A DNA stretch of 64,000 nt from Malacoraja senta (lineage: Eukaryota): the NCBI GenBank assembly GCA_038087875.1, contig CM075977.1, positions 125,488,001 to 125,552,000 on the forward strand. The letters are read 5' to 3'. A program made the position numbers and the translations under genes. Under the pieces are notes generated by a model that was given only the letters and a program-made list of their open reading frames with translations, had not been told where the DNA came from and ran no database searches. Shown here in pieces: positions 25,845-39,255 of this stretch (its first letter is position 1; each line of letters opens with the position of its first letter).

Positions 25845-26915
25845 AGTTCGGTTTAGTTTATTGTCACGTGTACCGAGATACAGTGAAAATCTTTTTGTTG
25901 CGTGCTAACAAGTCAGCAGAACGACAAAACATGATTACAATCAATCCATTTACAGTGTATATATACATGATAAGGGAATAATGCTTAGTGCAAAGTACGG
26001 TCAAAGATACTCCGAGGGACATCAAAGAGGTAGATTGTAGTTCAGCCTTGCTCTCTGGTTGTGGTAGGATGATTCGGTTCCTGCTAAAAACAGCTGGGAA
26101 GAAACTGTCCCTGAATCTGGAAGTGTGCGTTTTCACACTTCTGTACTTTTTGCCTGATGGGAGAGGGGAGAAGAGGGAGCGGCCAGGGTGCTACTCGTCC
26201 TTGATTATGCTGCTGGCCTTGTCGAGGCAGTGTGAGGTATAAATTAAATCAATAGATGGAGGTTGGTTTGTGTGATGGCCTGGGCTGCGTCCACAATTCG
26301 CAACAATTTTGTACGGTCGTGGATGGAGCTGTTCCCAAACCAAGCTGTGATGCATCCCGATAAAATACTTTCCATGGTCCATCTGTAGAAGTTGGAGAGA
26401 GTTGTAGGGGACATGCCAAACTTCCTAAGCTTTTCAAGGAAGTAGAGGTGTTGATATGTCTTCTTGGGCATTGCTTCAATGTGGGTGGTCCAGGAGAAGT
26501 TGTTGGTGATATTGACTCAGAGGAATTAGACGTTTTCAACCATCTCTACTTCTGCACCATCAATGCAAATTGGGGTATGCGTACCGCTTTGTTTCCTGAA
26601 GTCTTGCTGACGTTGAGAGAAATATTGACACAAAAAGCTGGAGCAACTCAACGGGATAGGCAGCATCTCTGGAGAGAAGGAATGGGTGACGTTTCGGGTC
26701 GAGACCCTTCTTCAGCCTGAGAAAGGTTGTTATCTCGACACCAGGGCACGAGGTTCTCAATCTCTTTCCTGTACTCAGTCTCATCATTATTTGATATCCG
26801 GCCCACAATGGTGGTGTCATCTGCTAATTTGACAATTGAATTAGATTTTTACATGGATGGCAAGTCGCGGGTGTACAAGGTGAAAAGAAAGGGGCTGAGA
26901 ACATATCGGTACGGA
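25845..26915 (-). mobile_element. Rex/Babar-type LINE fragment with a nested antisense PLE insertion (26627-26717)
   Basis: YFLEKLRKFGMS...ESILSGCITAWFG motif; the nested copy reads GGCTGAAGAAGGGTCTCGACCCGAAACGTCAC on the minus strand. Confidence 0.8.
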
Positions 26916-27714
26916 GCGTTGAACAATTGGCCCCATTGTTAATATATCTGATTTTGTTCATGCCTGATTTATGATATTGAAAGAGAGTATATCAGTGATG
27001 GTATTGTCATTGAAAAGGAAGATAAATATGAGATGACTTTTCTCATAGTAGGGATTGTCACTGCCTGAAAGCTATGTGACTCCAATGTCACTTTCCATGT
27101 CAACACATCTTGGATGTTGCAGCTGACTGAGGCTGCTTCATTGTCGGTGAATTGTGAATTGTTGCCAAGCAGTGTTACTCTTTACATCTGAGGTGGTCAT
27201 TAATGAAGAATCTGACAAAAATGGCTTGTGTGAGGAAGACATCCTTGACAATCTCTTAATACCTGTCCTAAGGGTGTAATGACAGTTTCTGATTACCATG
27301 GTCATTTTCCTTTCTATTAGTTATGATTCCTGCTATTGGAGGACTTAAGTTTTATTTTGGCTTCTTTCCCTATTCCTCTGCAGAGAGTGCTTGAGTCTGA
27401 TAACAGTGGATGCTGGTATGCAGTGGTAAAAAGTTTGTATGCTCAAGGTGTGAAAAGGAATGAGAGGGTTTTTTGCAAATGGAACCCCATGCTTTATTTG
27501 ATTATATTAAGATATTTTTCTGATTAGTAACTACACATGATAAATATTTGTGCTTTATTAGGATCTAGGTAAATGTTGAAGGGGAAAGGTAGTTTGACTG
27601 ATTGTCAACCCCAATCCTTTGCTGGAGAAATCTTTAAAGAAACTGCTCAATGTGCACCAGTATAATCAAGCCATACACAAGTTCAACAGGTTGTACAAAG
27701 AGAAAAATACCACT

Positions 27715-28003
27715 GGGGGTGGCACAGTGGTGCATCAGTTTGAGTCGCTGCCTTACAGCACCAGAGATTCGTGTTCGATCCTGACTATTGGTGCTCTACG
27801 GAGTTTGTGTGTTCTCCCTGTGACCGCGTGGGATTTCTCTGGGTACTCCGGTTTCCTTCCACATTCCTAAGACAAGTATGTTTGTCGGTTAATTGGCTTC
27901 TGTAAATTGTCCCTAGTGTGTAGGATAGAACTAGTGTATGGGGGCGTGGAGCTGGTAGGCCAGAGGTCCTGTTTCCAGTTGTATCTCTAAACTAAACTAA
28001 ACT
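27715..28003 (+). mobile_element. tRNA-derived SINE (HE1-like)
   Basis: ggcacagtggtgca...gttcgatcc promoter boxes; (ctaaa)n tail. Confidence 0.8.
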
Positions 28004-28095
28004 GAGTGTAGAATATAGTGTTACAATATTATAGTGTTACAGCTCCAGTGAAAGCGCAGATAAAAAGTCCAAGGGCCGCAGTAAGGTAAGTTTAT

Positions 28096-30160
28096 AGTTC
28101 ATAAGTCATCGCAGACAGAATTAGGGCATTTGTCTTATTGAGTCTACTCTGCAATTCAATTATGGCTGATCTATCTTTACCTTTCAACTCCATTCTCCTG
28201 CCTTTTCCCCATAACCATTGACAACCTTACTATTCAAGAATTTGACAATCTCCGCTTTAAAACTACCAAATGACAGCCTCCACAGCCATCCTTGGCAATA
28301 AATTCCACAGACTCACCACCCTCTGACTGAAGAAATTCCACGTCATCTCATTACTTTATTCTGATGCTGTGCCCTCTGGTCCTAAATTCTCCCCCTAGTG
28401 GAAACAATAGACAATAGACAATAGGTGCAGGAGTAGGTCATTCGGCCCTGAGCCATTCAATGTGATCATGGCTGATCATCCCCAATCAGTACCCCGTTCC
28501 TGCCTTCTCCCCATATCCCCTGACTCCGCTATCTTTAAGAGCCCTATCTAGCTCTCTCTTGAAAGTATCCAGAGAACCGGCCTCCACCACCCTCTGAGGC
28601 AGAGAATTCCACAGACTCACAACTCTCTGTGACAAAACGTGTTTCCTCGTCTCCGTTCTAAATGGCTTACTCCTTATTCTTAAACCGTGGCCCCTGGTTC
28701 TGGACGCCCCAAACATCGGGAACATGTTTCCTGCCTCTAGCGTGTCAAAACCCTTAACAATCTTATATGTTTCAATAAGATTACCTCTCATCCTTCTAAA
28801 CCCCAGAGTGTACAAGCCCAGCCGCTCCATTCTCTCAGCATATGACAGTCCCTCCATCCCGGGAATTAACCTTGTAAACCTACGCTGCACTCCCTCAATA
28901 GCAAGAATGTCCTTCCTCAAATTAGGGGACCAAAACTGCACACAATACTCCAGATGTGGTCTCACTAGGGCCCTGTACAACTGCAGAAGGACCTCTTTGT
29001 TCCTAAACATCCTCTCCACATCCACACTATCCAGGTCTTTTGCTATTCGGTAAGTTTCAATGAAGTCCCCCCTCATCCTAAACTCCAAGAGTACATGCAC
29101 AGTGCCATCAAATGCTCAACATACGTTAACCCAATAATCCCTTGGGATCATTCTCATAAACCTCCTCTGGACCCTCTCCAACACCAACACATCCCTCCTC
29201 AGAAAAAGGGCGCAAAACTACTCACAATATTCCAAATGCTGTCTGTCCAGTTCCTTGTAAAGGATTAGCATTACATCCCTATTTTTATGTTCTAGTCCAC
29301 TCAAAATAAATGCTAACATTGCATTTATCTTCCTTACTACCGATTCAACTTGCAAATTTACCTTTTGGGAATCCTGCACCAGCACTCCCAAGTCCATTTG
29401 CACCTTTGAATTCTGAATCCTTTCCTCATTTAGAAAATAGTGCAGTCCATTATTCCAACTACCAGAGTGCATGACTGCACACTTTTCTACGATGTATCCT
29501 TTCTACCACTTCTCTGCCCACTCTCCCAACCTGTCCAAGTCCGTCAGCAGAATCCCTGCTTCCTCTACACTACCTGCCCCACCAGCTATCATGCTATCAT
29601 CTACAAACTTGGCCACAATCTCTCCCTCATTGGCAACAAGATAAATGAGCTGGTTGTAGTCTTCAGCAAATAATTTGGTCAGCATTGATGGTGAAGTGGA
29701 GATAGCTGAGAGTTTCAAGTTCCTTGTCGTAGACAAGATCAACAATTTATCCTGCACCAATCACATTGATACTGCAACTAAGAAAGTACACCAAGGTCTC
29801 TATTTCCTCAGTGGGCTGAGGAAGTTCAGCAGGTCTCCAACGACTCTAACCAACCTGGATAAGCACACAACAAAAGCTTTTCACTGCACCTTGGTACACG
29901 CGACAATAAATTAAACTGAACGCTGGACAAAGCCTTCAATTCACTCATCTAAATCATTGATACACAATGTGAAAAGTAATGGCCCCAGCACCGAGCCCTG
30001 CAGAACACCACTAGTCATTGGCAGATAACCAGAAAAGGCCCCCTATATTGCCATATGGGCTCTTTAACAGCCTCATATGCAGCATCTTATCAAAGGCCGC
30101 CTGAAAATCCAGGTAAACCACATCCACTGACTCTCCTTTGTCTATTCTGCTATTTACTTG
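28096..30160 (-). mobile_element. Older CR1 with a nested younger CR1 3' end (~28405-29003) and a Rex/Babar fragment (~29620-29920)
   Basis: The host CR1 is continuous across the insert (tagtggaaaca|...|aaacatcctctcc). ORF 28486-29100 is a chimaera of both CR1 copies. Confidence 0.8.
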
Positions 30161-30589
30161 CAGGAGATGAGGAGAAATTTCTTTAGTCAGAGGGGGGGGT
30201 GAATCTGGAATTCTTTGCCACAGAAGGCTGTGGAGTTCATGTCAGTGGATATTTTTAAAGCAAAGAAAGATAGATCCTTGACTATTTCAGGTGTGAGAGA
30301 TTATGGGGAGAAGGCTGGAGAATGGGGTTAGGAGGGATAGATAGATCAGACATGATTGAATGGCAGAGTAGACTTGATGGGCCAAATGGCCTAATTCTAC
30401 TCCTATCACTTATGACCCTATCTTTGCAGGAAAGTCTGGTGTTGCATAGATACTTGCTGATTAGCAATCAGCTTCAGCGTCTTGCTGTACGTAGACACAG
30501 ACCAAGGAGTGGTGGGTGTTCCGCTTGATACTCGCAGAGGCAGATCCATCATTGAAGCAGACTGTTCAGAAAAAATCTTGGGGGCCGTT

Positions 30590-30790
30590 TGTGCACCATA
30601 CTTTTGCATCCATGAGCAACTGGAACCATGGTTTGATTTTCATCTGGAAAAGACAACGTCTTTGACAGTGGGGTATGCCTTCAATAGTTTTGCTCTAAAT
30701 GTTCAACTAGTTTTTTTATGCTCAAGTTTCTAAACTGGAACTTAACTGTACAATCTTCTGTCTCAGAAATGTGGGAACTATCAAGAGAGC
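30590..30790 (-). mobile_element. Ancient Deu-domain (SacSINE1/AmnSINE-like) SINE remnant
   Basis: The reverse complement resembles, from recall, the tRNA head and Deu domain (cttgagca...ctgtc...gtctttt..agatg..aaacc...ggatg.aaaag). Heavily diverged; a similar remnant lies at about 7100-7250 (+). Confidence 0.45.
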
Positions 30791-31432
30791 TATAGTTGAT
30801 ATGACTTTCAAAAGACATTGGAAATATTCCAAATGTGGGCAAATGGGGCTATCCCAGAATGCCAGCTTGGTTGGCATGAACAAATTGGGCCCAATGTCCT
30901 GATTCCATTCTGCAAGGCTCTATAACACTCTTTAAGTCAGCAAGTGAAGGAAAGCTGACATAACCTTAGGTTCCGCAAATTATTGAAATGTAGCTCCTGC
31001 TGCTTGGAATGTTTTCATATGAGAAATCCCTTTCCATTACAGCACAAGAAGTTCTATGATTTTTTAATGTACTTTCAAGATTTTTTTTTGATCTGTTTGA
31101 AAATGGCCTTTACTAATTTTTACCTGGGTGAAAATGCAAGATGCATGTCAAACTAATTACACTGAATTGGTTCATGCTGTTAGCTAGACAAAGCTTGCAG
31201 ACTTGAATTGTGGATTTCATGAAGAATTTTTTGTTTGATTTCCTGCTCATTACTCAGTAGTATCACCAATAAAAAAAATCACAAAAAACATATTATCCTG
31301 AACGCTTGATGAGCTGAAATTGAAGCTCTTATTAGTAAACACTGAATTTGATTTCTTGACAATGTGACTTCTTGAAATGTGACATCTTCCAATGAAATGA
31401 CAAGTGCCAATAATGAAACTGCTAGATGCAGG

Positions 31433-34150
31433 CAGTGTTTCCACTTTGAAGGAAATTACCTGAAATTTCGGGAAATTCTGCTGTCTTCGGGTAATTTAGG
31501 GAAATGGAATAATTTCGGGAAATTTCTGCATCGGGCCCCGTGAAGGGGTTAAAGGTAATACACACAGCACTGCCCAGGTTGGCCTCAAAGGTTTAAACAG
31601 AGCGCTGTCAGTTTAACATGTGGGAATGGTAAACAAAGAGCTGTCGGCTGCAGTGCTATGGTCTTTAAACATAGCGCTATGGCCACAGCACTATGGGCCA
31701 CAGACTGTTCGGGAAAAGTCTCGTATAACAATGAGTCTTTGGAATTCTCTTTCTCAGTGGAAGTTGAGCCTTTTGAATTATTTTTCAGGCAGTGGTAGAA
31801 TTATGGATAAGCCTAGTGGTGAAAAGTTACCAGTGGGCAGTGGGATTGCTGTTACTTGGGATTGGCCTTGATCTTACAGAATGGTGGGTGGGGCTCAAGG
31901 GGCCGAGAGGGAGATAGGGAGAAAGAGGGTAAGGAAGAGCGAGGGAGGAGAGGTTGAGGAAGGGAGAGAGTAGAAGGGGAGGAGGAGGAGGGTGGGGATG
32001 GGGAATAAGAGAGGGAGGGAGGGAGAGAAAAAAAGGAAGGGGGAGAGAGAGACGGAGGGAGGGAAAGGGGAGAGGGGAAGAGAGGGATGGAGAGAGGGAG
32101 GGGGATGGAGGGAGGGAGAGAGAGAGAGAGGGAGGGGGAGAGAGAGAGAGCAGAGACTGAGACACATGATAGCAGGTTGATAAAACGAAGACAACGAAAG
32201 CTGTTGGAGGCAACGAAAGCTGCCTTGCATAACACTGTACAAGTGAGTAACAGAAGCAGGCAGATACGTTGTAGTTACATAGATCTGTTTTGTCTTGTTC
32301 TTTGTGTTGTTAACGTGTGCCCGTGAAAACCCCCCAATAACAAATAGCTCGCAGGAAGCATTTTTTAATATTTCATAGAAACATAGAAACATAGAAAATA
32401 GGTGCAGGAGTAGGCCATTCGGCCCTTCGAGCCTGCACCGCCATTTGATATGATCATGGCTGATCATCCAACTCAGTATCCCATCCCTGCCTTCTCTCCA
32501 TACCCCCTGATCCCTTTAGCCACAAGGGCCACATCTAACTCCCTCTTAAATATAGCCAATGAACTGTGGCAGAGAATTCTGTGGCAGAGAATTCTGTGGC
32601 AGAGAATTCCACAGATTCACCACTCTCTGTGTAAAAAATGATTTCCTCATCTCGGTCCTAAAAGTCTCCCCTCATCCTTAAACTGTGATCCCTAGTTCTG
32701 GACTTCCCCAACATTGGGAATAATCTTCCTGCATCTAGCCTGCCCAACCCCTTAAGAATTTTGTAAGTTTCTATAAGATCCCCCCTCAGTCTTCTGAATT
32801 CCAACGTGTACAAGCCGAGTCTATCCAGTCTTTCCTCATATGAAAGTCCTGCCATCCCAGGAATCAGTCTGGTGAACCTTCTCTGTACTCCCTCTATGGC
32901 AAGAATGTCTTTCCTCAGATTAGGAGACCAAAACTGTACGCAATACTCCAGGTGTGGTCTCACCAAGACCCTGTACAACTGCAGTAGAACCTCCCTGCTC
33001 TTATACTCAAATCCTTTTGCTATGAATGCTAACATACCATTTGCTTTCTTCACTGCCTGCTGCACCTGCATTCCTACTTTCAATGACTGGTGTACCATGA
33101 CACCCAGGTCTCGTTGCATCTCCCCTTTTCCTAATCGGCCACCATTCAGATAATAGTCTACTTTCCTGTTTTTGCCACCGAAGTGGATAACCTCACATTT
33201 ATCCACATTATACTGCATCTGCCATGCCTTTGCCCACTCACCCAACCTATCCAAGTCACCTTGCAGCCTCCTAGCATCCTCCTCACAGCTAACACTGCCC
33301 CCCAGCTTAGTGTCATCCGCAAACTTGGAGATGTAGCATTCAATTCCCTCATCCAGATCATTAATATATATTGTAAATAGCTGGGGTCCCAGCAAAGAGC
33401 CTTGCGGTACCCCACTAGTCACTGCCTGCCATTCTGAAAAGGAACCGTTTACTCCTACTCTTTGCTTTCTGTCTGCCAGCCAGTTCTCTATCCACATCAA
33501 TACTGAACCCCCAATACCATGTGCTTTAAGTTTGTATGCTAATCTCTTATGTGGGACCTTGTCGAAAGCCTTCTGAAAGTCCAGATATAACACATCCACT
33601 GGTTCTCCCTTAAGCACTCTACTAGTTACATCCTTGAAAAATTCTATAAGATTCGTCAGACATGATTTAGCTTTCATAAATCCATGCTGACTTTGTCCAA
33701 TGAACTCACCACTTTCCAAATGTGCTGCTATCCCATCTTTAATAACTGACTCCAGAATTTTCCCCACCACCGATGTTAGACTAACTGGTCTGTAATTCCC
33801 CGTTTTCTCTCTCCCTCCCTTTTTAAAAAGTGGGGTTACATTAGCTACCCTCCAGTCCTCAGGAACTACTCCAGAATCTAAAGAGTTTTGAAAAATTATC
33901 ACTAATGCATCCACTATTTCTGCGGCTACTTCCTTAAGTACTCTGGGATGCAACTTATCCGGCCCTGGGGATTTATCGGCCTTTAATCCATTCAATTTAC
34001 CTAACACCACTTCCTGGCTAACCTGGATTTCACTCAGTTCCTCCATCTCATTTAACCCCCGGTCCCTCGCTTTTTCAGGAAATACCATCAAATTCCAGGA
34101 AATTTGGGATTCTATTTAAGGAAAAAAATATTTGAGGTGTGGAAGCACTG
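31433..34150. mobile_element. Non-autonomous hAT element carrying a nested CR1
   Basis: TIR cagtgtttccac / gtggaagcactg; 8-bp TSD gatgcagg / gatgccgg; subterminal ggaaatt repeats; internal purine-rich tract at 31895-32160. Confidence 0.78.
32375..34070 (-). mobile_element. Young CR1 LINE, 5'-truncated, uninterrupted RT ORF (32658-34091, 477 aa)
   Basis: Complete RT motifs (NYRPVSLTS, YLDFQKAFD, GVPQGS, KFADDTK); (ttctatgt)n-type tail. Confidence 0.96.
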
Positions 34151-34274
34151 GATGCCGGATTTGAAAATCTACAGTTAATTTCTACAATCTGCTTTCCATC
34201 TGTTTTTAATGTGTTTGCCCTGAGTGTGATCACAGTTGAGCCAACCTGTCACATGTTGGGCGCCGAGATTCGGA

Positions 34275-35360
34275 TAAATAATTTGGCAGTGACATTAGTA
34301 TTGGTAACATGTACCAAGGTACAGTGAATAACTTTGTTTGCATGCTATCCATTCAAATCATACTATCCATGAGCACATTCAGTCGTGCAAAGAGAAAAAT
34401 AATAGAATATCGTGTTGCAGTTTTATAGCAATGTTACCGAGAAAAACTTGAAGGGCTGCAATTTTGTAGGTTGGGAGATTCGGATCACACCCTAGCTTAT
34501 GGGAGGACAGTTCAGTAGCCTGATAACAGTGGGGAAGAAGCTAAGCCAGTGGTATCTACTTCCAAGCTTTTTTAATTTCTGCCTGACGGGAGAAGAGGGA
34601 ATGACCAGAGTGAAAATGGTGCTTGACTATGTTGGCTATTTTCCTGAGGCAGCATGAAGTGTCAATGGTGGGCTGACTGGTCTGTGTGATGAACTGGGCT
34701 ACATCAACGGCTCTCAGCAATTTTTAACGCAAAACCAAACAATGATGCTATGTTTGCTACTTTGCATATGTAGAAATTGGTAAGAATCATTGGAGAAATG
34801 CTGCACTATCTACGTCAGAGGAAGTAGAGTGCGTGGTCTGCTTTCTTGGCTGTATCTTCATTGTTGTTGGTCCAAGATAAACGGGTATATTTTCACTTAG
34901 GCTCTTGACCATCTCAACTTTAGGACCATTGAAGTTGATCGGGGCGTGTACCCCACCTCATTAACGAGCTACTTTGTCTTTTTGACATTGAGGGAGAAGT
35001 TGTTGCCTTGATACCATATTACTAAGCTCTCTGTCTCCTTCTCGTCATTATTTGAGATCCAGCCCTAGGCAGTGATGTCATCTGAAAACATGCAGATTTA
35101 GTTAGAGTAGAATTTGGACTACAGTAGGTAATATATGGGGACTGTAGTAAGGGGCTGATAACATATCCTTGCGGGACACCATTTTTGCGAATTATTGGGG
35201 GAATGTTTTGTCGCCTATCCTCACTGACTGCTCCATGGGTCAGTCGTCAAGGACCTAGTGGCAAAGTGGATGCTGATTCCTCGGTCCAGAAGTTTGGAGA
35301 TGGGTTTGTTTGGGATTATGGTGCTAATGGCAGAGCTATAGTCAATAAATCGAAATCTGA
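34275..35360 (-). mobile_element. Degenerate Rex/Babar-type LINE fragment
   Basis: Collinear with 25845-26915 but more decayed; GVPQGYVISPLL-like remnant near 35150-35180. Confidence 0.6.
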
Positions 35361-36259
35361 TGTAGGTGCAGCAGGGAGTAGAAGTGGTGAGATTTTTCAA
35401 ACTGTGGTTGGTAGAGCAGTAGGGGTCTTTGGTTGTGTAGCAGTATTCAAGGTTGTTTGGGCCTCTTGTGGGGAAGGAGACATGCTGATAGTATTTCGGT
35501 AGTACAATTTTGAGGTGGGCCTGGTTGACTTCCCCAGATAATATGTATCATGCCTTAGTGTTTCCAGGCTATTGTGTCACATATCGAGTGATATGATGTA
35601 TTATTGGCTTTAGTACAGTTTGCTGCATGATCCTAATATGACTGATTAATGATTTTGATAAACACAAAAGAGATACTATACCATCACATCAGCTAGATGC
35701 CAAATTGAAAAAGCTCCTGTTTATTTTCTCTTGGACATAAAATATTTAATTGCATATTTCAAAAAGTTTTCCTTATGACCTGGTCGACATGTAAGACTCA
35801 GTTAAAGCATTTTATCTGCCAATTTAAAATTTGGCAGATATACTTGCCAGTATCATTTAATTGGTGACACTTAAAAAAAGCGTAATTTGCTAGCACAGTC
35901 CTTTGTGAAAGATTGTGAGTGGAAACGCGTTCTTCAATATTGTGTTACTTTAATTTTCAATGAAGAGCTATGGCTACTTAAGTAAATCTAATAAAGTGCA
36001 CATGTATTAGAGAGATTAACATGGTGAATATTTTTTCATAACCCGTAATTTCTTGAATTTGTGCTTTTTTAATTTTAGGCCTTTTAGATGTAAATCAACT
36101 GAAGATTTGGATTATATTGTACTGCTTCTCTATAAAATTAGCACTTCCTCTTTAACATAGGGGTTATAAAACCCCCATAAAATAGTGTTTTGCGTTATAA
36201 AAATGTCACCTGATCATTATTCATTCAACACACAAGTATTGACATCAGAGCTTAAAATA

Positions 36260-36770
36260 GTTCAAGTTCAAGTTACATTTATTGTCACATGCACCAATTG
36301 GTACAGTGAGATTTGAGTTACCATACATCTATACGAATAAAAAAGAACACAATACTCGATAGAATTTAACATGAACATCCCCACACAGCGGAATCAACGT
36401 TTCCCACTGTGAGGGAAGGCAATAAAGTTCAGTCATCTTCCTCTTTGTTCACCCGTGGTCGGGGCCTTTGAGCCCTCCGCAGTCGCTGCTACGCCGGCCC
36501 GATGTTCAGGCCCTCTCGCCGGGATTATCGGAGAACACACTCAGCGGCTTGGAGTTTCTTAATCGGCCGCTTCCTACCGGAGACCACGGGCCGAGCTGGG
36601 TGGAGATTCAACACTGGTGACCCTCGGCAAAAGATCCCAGGACTCCGCGATGTTAAAGTCAGCGCAGCCCGTGGCTAGAAGCTCCGCAAACCACAGATCC
36701 ACGGTGTTAATCAGCAGGCCCAACACTCCGGAGCTTCAACAGGCGATCCCCAGTAATGCATCGTCCTGTT
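36260..36770 (-). mobile_element. GC-rich non-autonomous retroelement with a Rex/Babar-like 3' tail
   Basis: (aagttc)n tail plus tttattgtcacatg; shares ccgtggtcggg and other blocks with 60203-60945. Confidence 0.55.
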
Positions 36771-36778
36771 CCGCGATG

Positions 36779-37372
36779 GGAGCAAAGAGGTCCTTCGGCA
36801 GTTGTACAGAGCCCTAGTGAGACCACACCTGGAGTATTGTGTGCAGTTTTGGTCCCCTAGTTTGAGGAAGGACATTCTTGCTATTGAGGGAGTGCAGCGT
36901 AGGTTTACAAGGTTAATTCCCGGGATGGCGGGACTGTCAAATGCTGAGAGAATGGAGCAGCTGGGCTTGTACACTCTGGAGTTTAGAAGGATGAGAGGGG
37001 ATCTCATTGAAACATATAAGATTGTTAAGGGTTTGGACACGCTAGAGGCAGGAAACATGTTCCCGATGTTGGGGGAGTCCAGAACTAGGGGCCACAGTTT
37101 AAGAATAAGGGGTAAGCCATTTAGAACGGAGACGAGGAAACACTTTTTCTCACAGAGAGTGGTGAGTCTGTGGAATTCTCTGCCTCAGAGGGTGGTGAAG
37201 GCAGGTTCTCTGGATGCTTTCAAGAGAGAGCTAGATTGGGCTCTTAAAGATAGGGGATATGGGGAGAAGGCAGGAACGGGGTACTGATTGGGGATGATCA
37301 GCCATGATCATATTGAATGGCGGTGCTGGTTCAAAGGGCCGAATGGCCTACTCCTGCACCTATTGTCTATTG
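36779..37372 (+). mobile_element. CR1 LINE 3' end
   Basis: ORF 36802-37287 (RPHLEYCVQFW...); (ctattgt)n tail. Confidence 0.92.
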
Positions 37373-37711
37373 TCAGAACGTGCAAACTCCACACAGACTA
37401 CTCGAGGTCAGAATTAAACTCTGGTCACTGGCGCTGTGTGGTAGCAGCTCTCCCAAAGAAAAATACTCTGGTGTATCCAGTTTGGCGTAACTGGTGCTCT
37501 ATATAGTTCCAGTATAACCTCCATGTGCTTTTTTAAGCTTTGGCTGGTAAAGGAAGGCATTTATCTGAATGCCTTTTTCATGACCTTATTGACCTGACTT
37601 ATTGTAAAAGATATGTGGGCAGACAATCCAAGGTCTCTCGGTAGTTCCTTCACATTTTGTCTGCTCCACTGCAAAATCTCCTCAAGGTATGCCCACTTTT
37701 AAGAAGTTCTC

Positions 37712-39255
37712 TCTTTTTTTCTTCTTTTTTTTATAAAAATATTTTATTTCATTAGAAGTAAGTACAGTCATATGGCACCAAAGTGCCTAATATATATTTG
37801 CATAATACATTTTCTGTACATCTTCTTATTTTTTTAAATTATAATATAGAAGAATAAGAAAAAGAAATTAGATAATAAAGAATAGAAAAACGTTCATATA
37901 GTGTGTGAAAAAGAAAAAAAGAGAAAGAAAGAAGTTGAAGAAAAGAGAATAGGAAAAAGAGAGTAAAAAATACAAATAAAAAGAAATAAGGAGATCATTA
38001 TTTATAATCTTGACCATCCCCCACCCAGTCCTGAAACAATTAGTTTCTACAATTATGTTGCACCATATGATTCCAAAAAGACGACAAATGGAGACCCTCG
38101 TTAAGAATTGGTCTGATATTTCTATTAGGAGGAATCGCATTTCTTCAAGATGTGCGGTGTCCAACATGCTTGCGATCCACATTTTAAGCGTTGGTATTGG
38201 TGTATTTTTCCAAAATTTAAGTATTAGTTTTTTTGCTATTATTAAACCATAATTTAAAAATAAATGTTGTGATAAGTTCAATTTATTCCCATCTTCCATT
38301 ACTCCAAATATAATCATTTCAGTATTAGGTTCCATTCTTATCTTAAATAATTTTGTAAATATATCAAAAATATCACTCCAAAATCTATAAAGTTTTATGC
38401 AGGAAACAAAAGGGTGTGTTATAGTTTTGGGATAGACATTTATCACAAATGGGGGATATATTTGGATAGAATTTGTTCAATCTTGTTTTTGAATAATATA
38501 ATCTATGTAAAATTTTAAATTGAATTATATTCTGTCTTGTCGAACATTTGTGTATATATATATCAAATACTTTTCCCATGTAACCTTCGTAATTTTTATC
38601 ATTAATTCCTGTTCCCACTCTTCTCTAAGTACCTCTGTTGATGGTAAATCTATATTTAAAATACTATTATATAAATATGATATTAATTTTTGTGAGTCAG
38701 CTTTAATATTCATTGCTTCTTCCAATAAGTCAGAAGTTACTTTTTGATATCCTTGTATGTATTTCTTCATGAAATCGCAAATCTGAAGATATTTAAAATA
38801 TTGGTTATTTTTCAATTTAAATTTTAATTGTAATTGTTGGAATGATAATAGATTTCCCATTTCATACATATCCCCGATCCTTTTAATTCCTAAACTTTCC
38901 CATTGGTTATATGTTTTATCAATGAGAGATGGTTTAAATAAAGGGTTATTTGCTCTAGGCATTAACAATGATAAATGTCTTAATTTAAAGGATAATTTTA
39001 TTTGTTTCCAAATTCTTATTGTATCGTGTATAATTGGGTTCTTCTTATATATTGTGTTCAGTTTTTTCGGAGAGAAGAGGATCGTTCCTATATTACAAGG
39101 GGAACAATCCTCTTTCTCCATTCTTATCCATTCTGTCTGTTGGGTAGAACTGTCCAACCAATAAATTATATTCTTAATATGCACTGCCCAATAATAATAC
39201 AAAAAATTTGGGAGTGAGAATCCCCCGACATCTTTTGGTTTACATAAATGTTTTT
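37712..39255 (-). mobile_element. L1/Tx1-clade LINE ORF2 3' fragment
   Basis: GGFSLPNFLYYYWA and QFKILHRLY...CDKC zinc-knuckle region; poly(A) seen as a T-run near 37712-37732. Confidence 0.85.

Noticed and set aside
31827-32467. Ser/Leu/Pro-rich and Arg/Glu/Gly-rich ORFs
   Set aside because: Translation of a purine-rich simple repeat.
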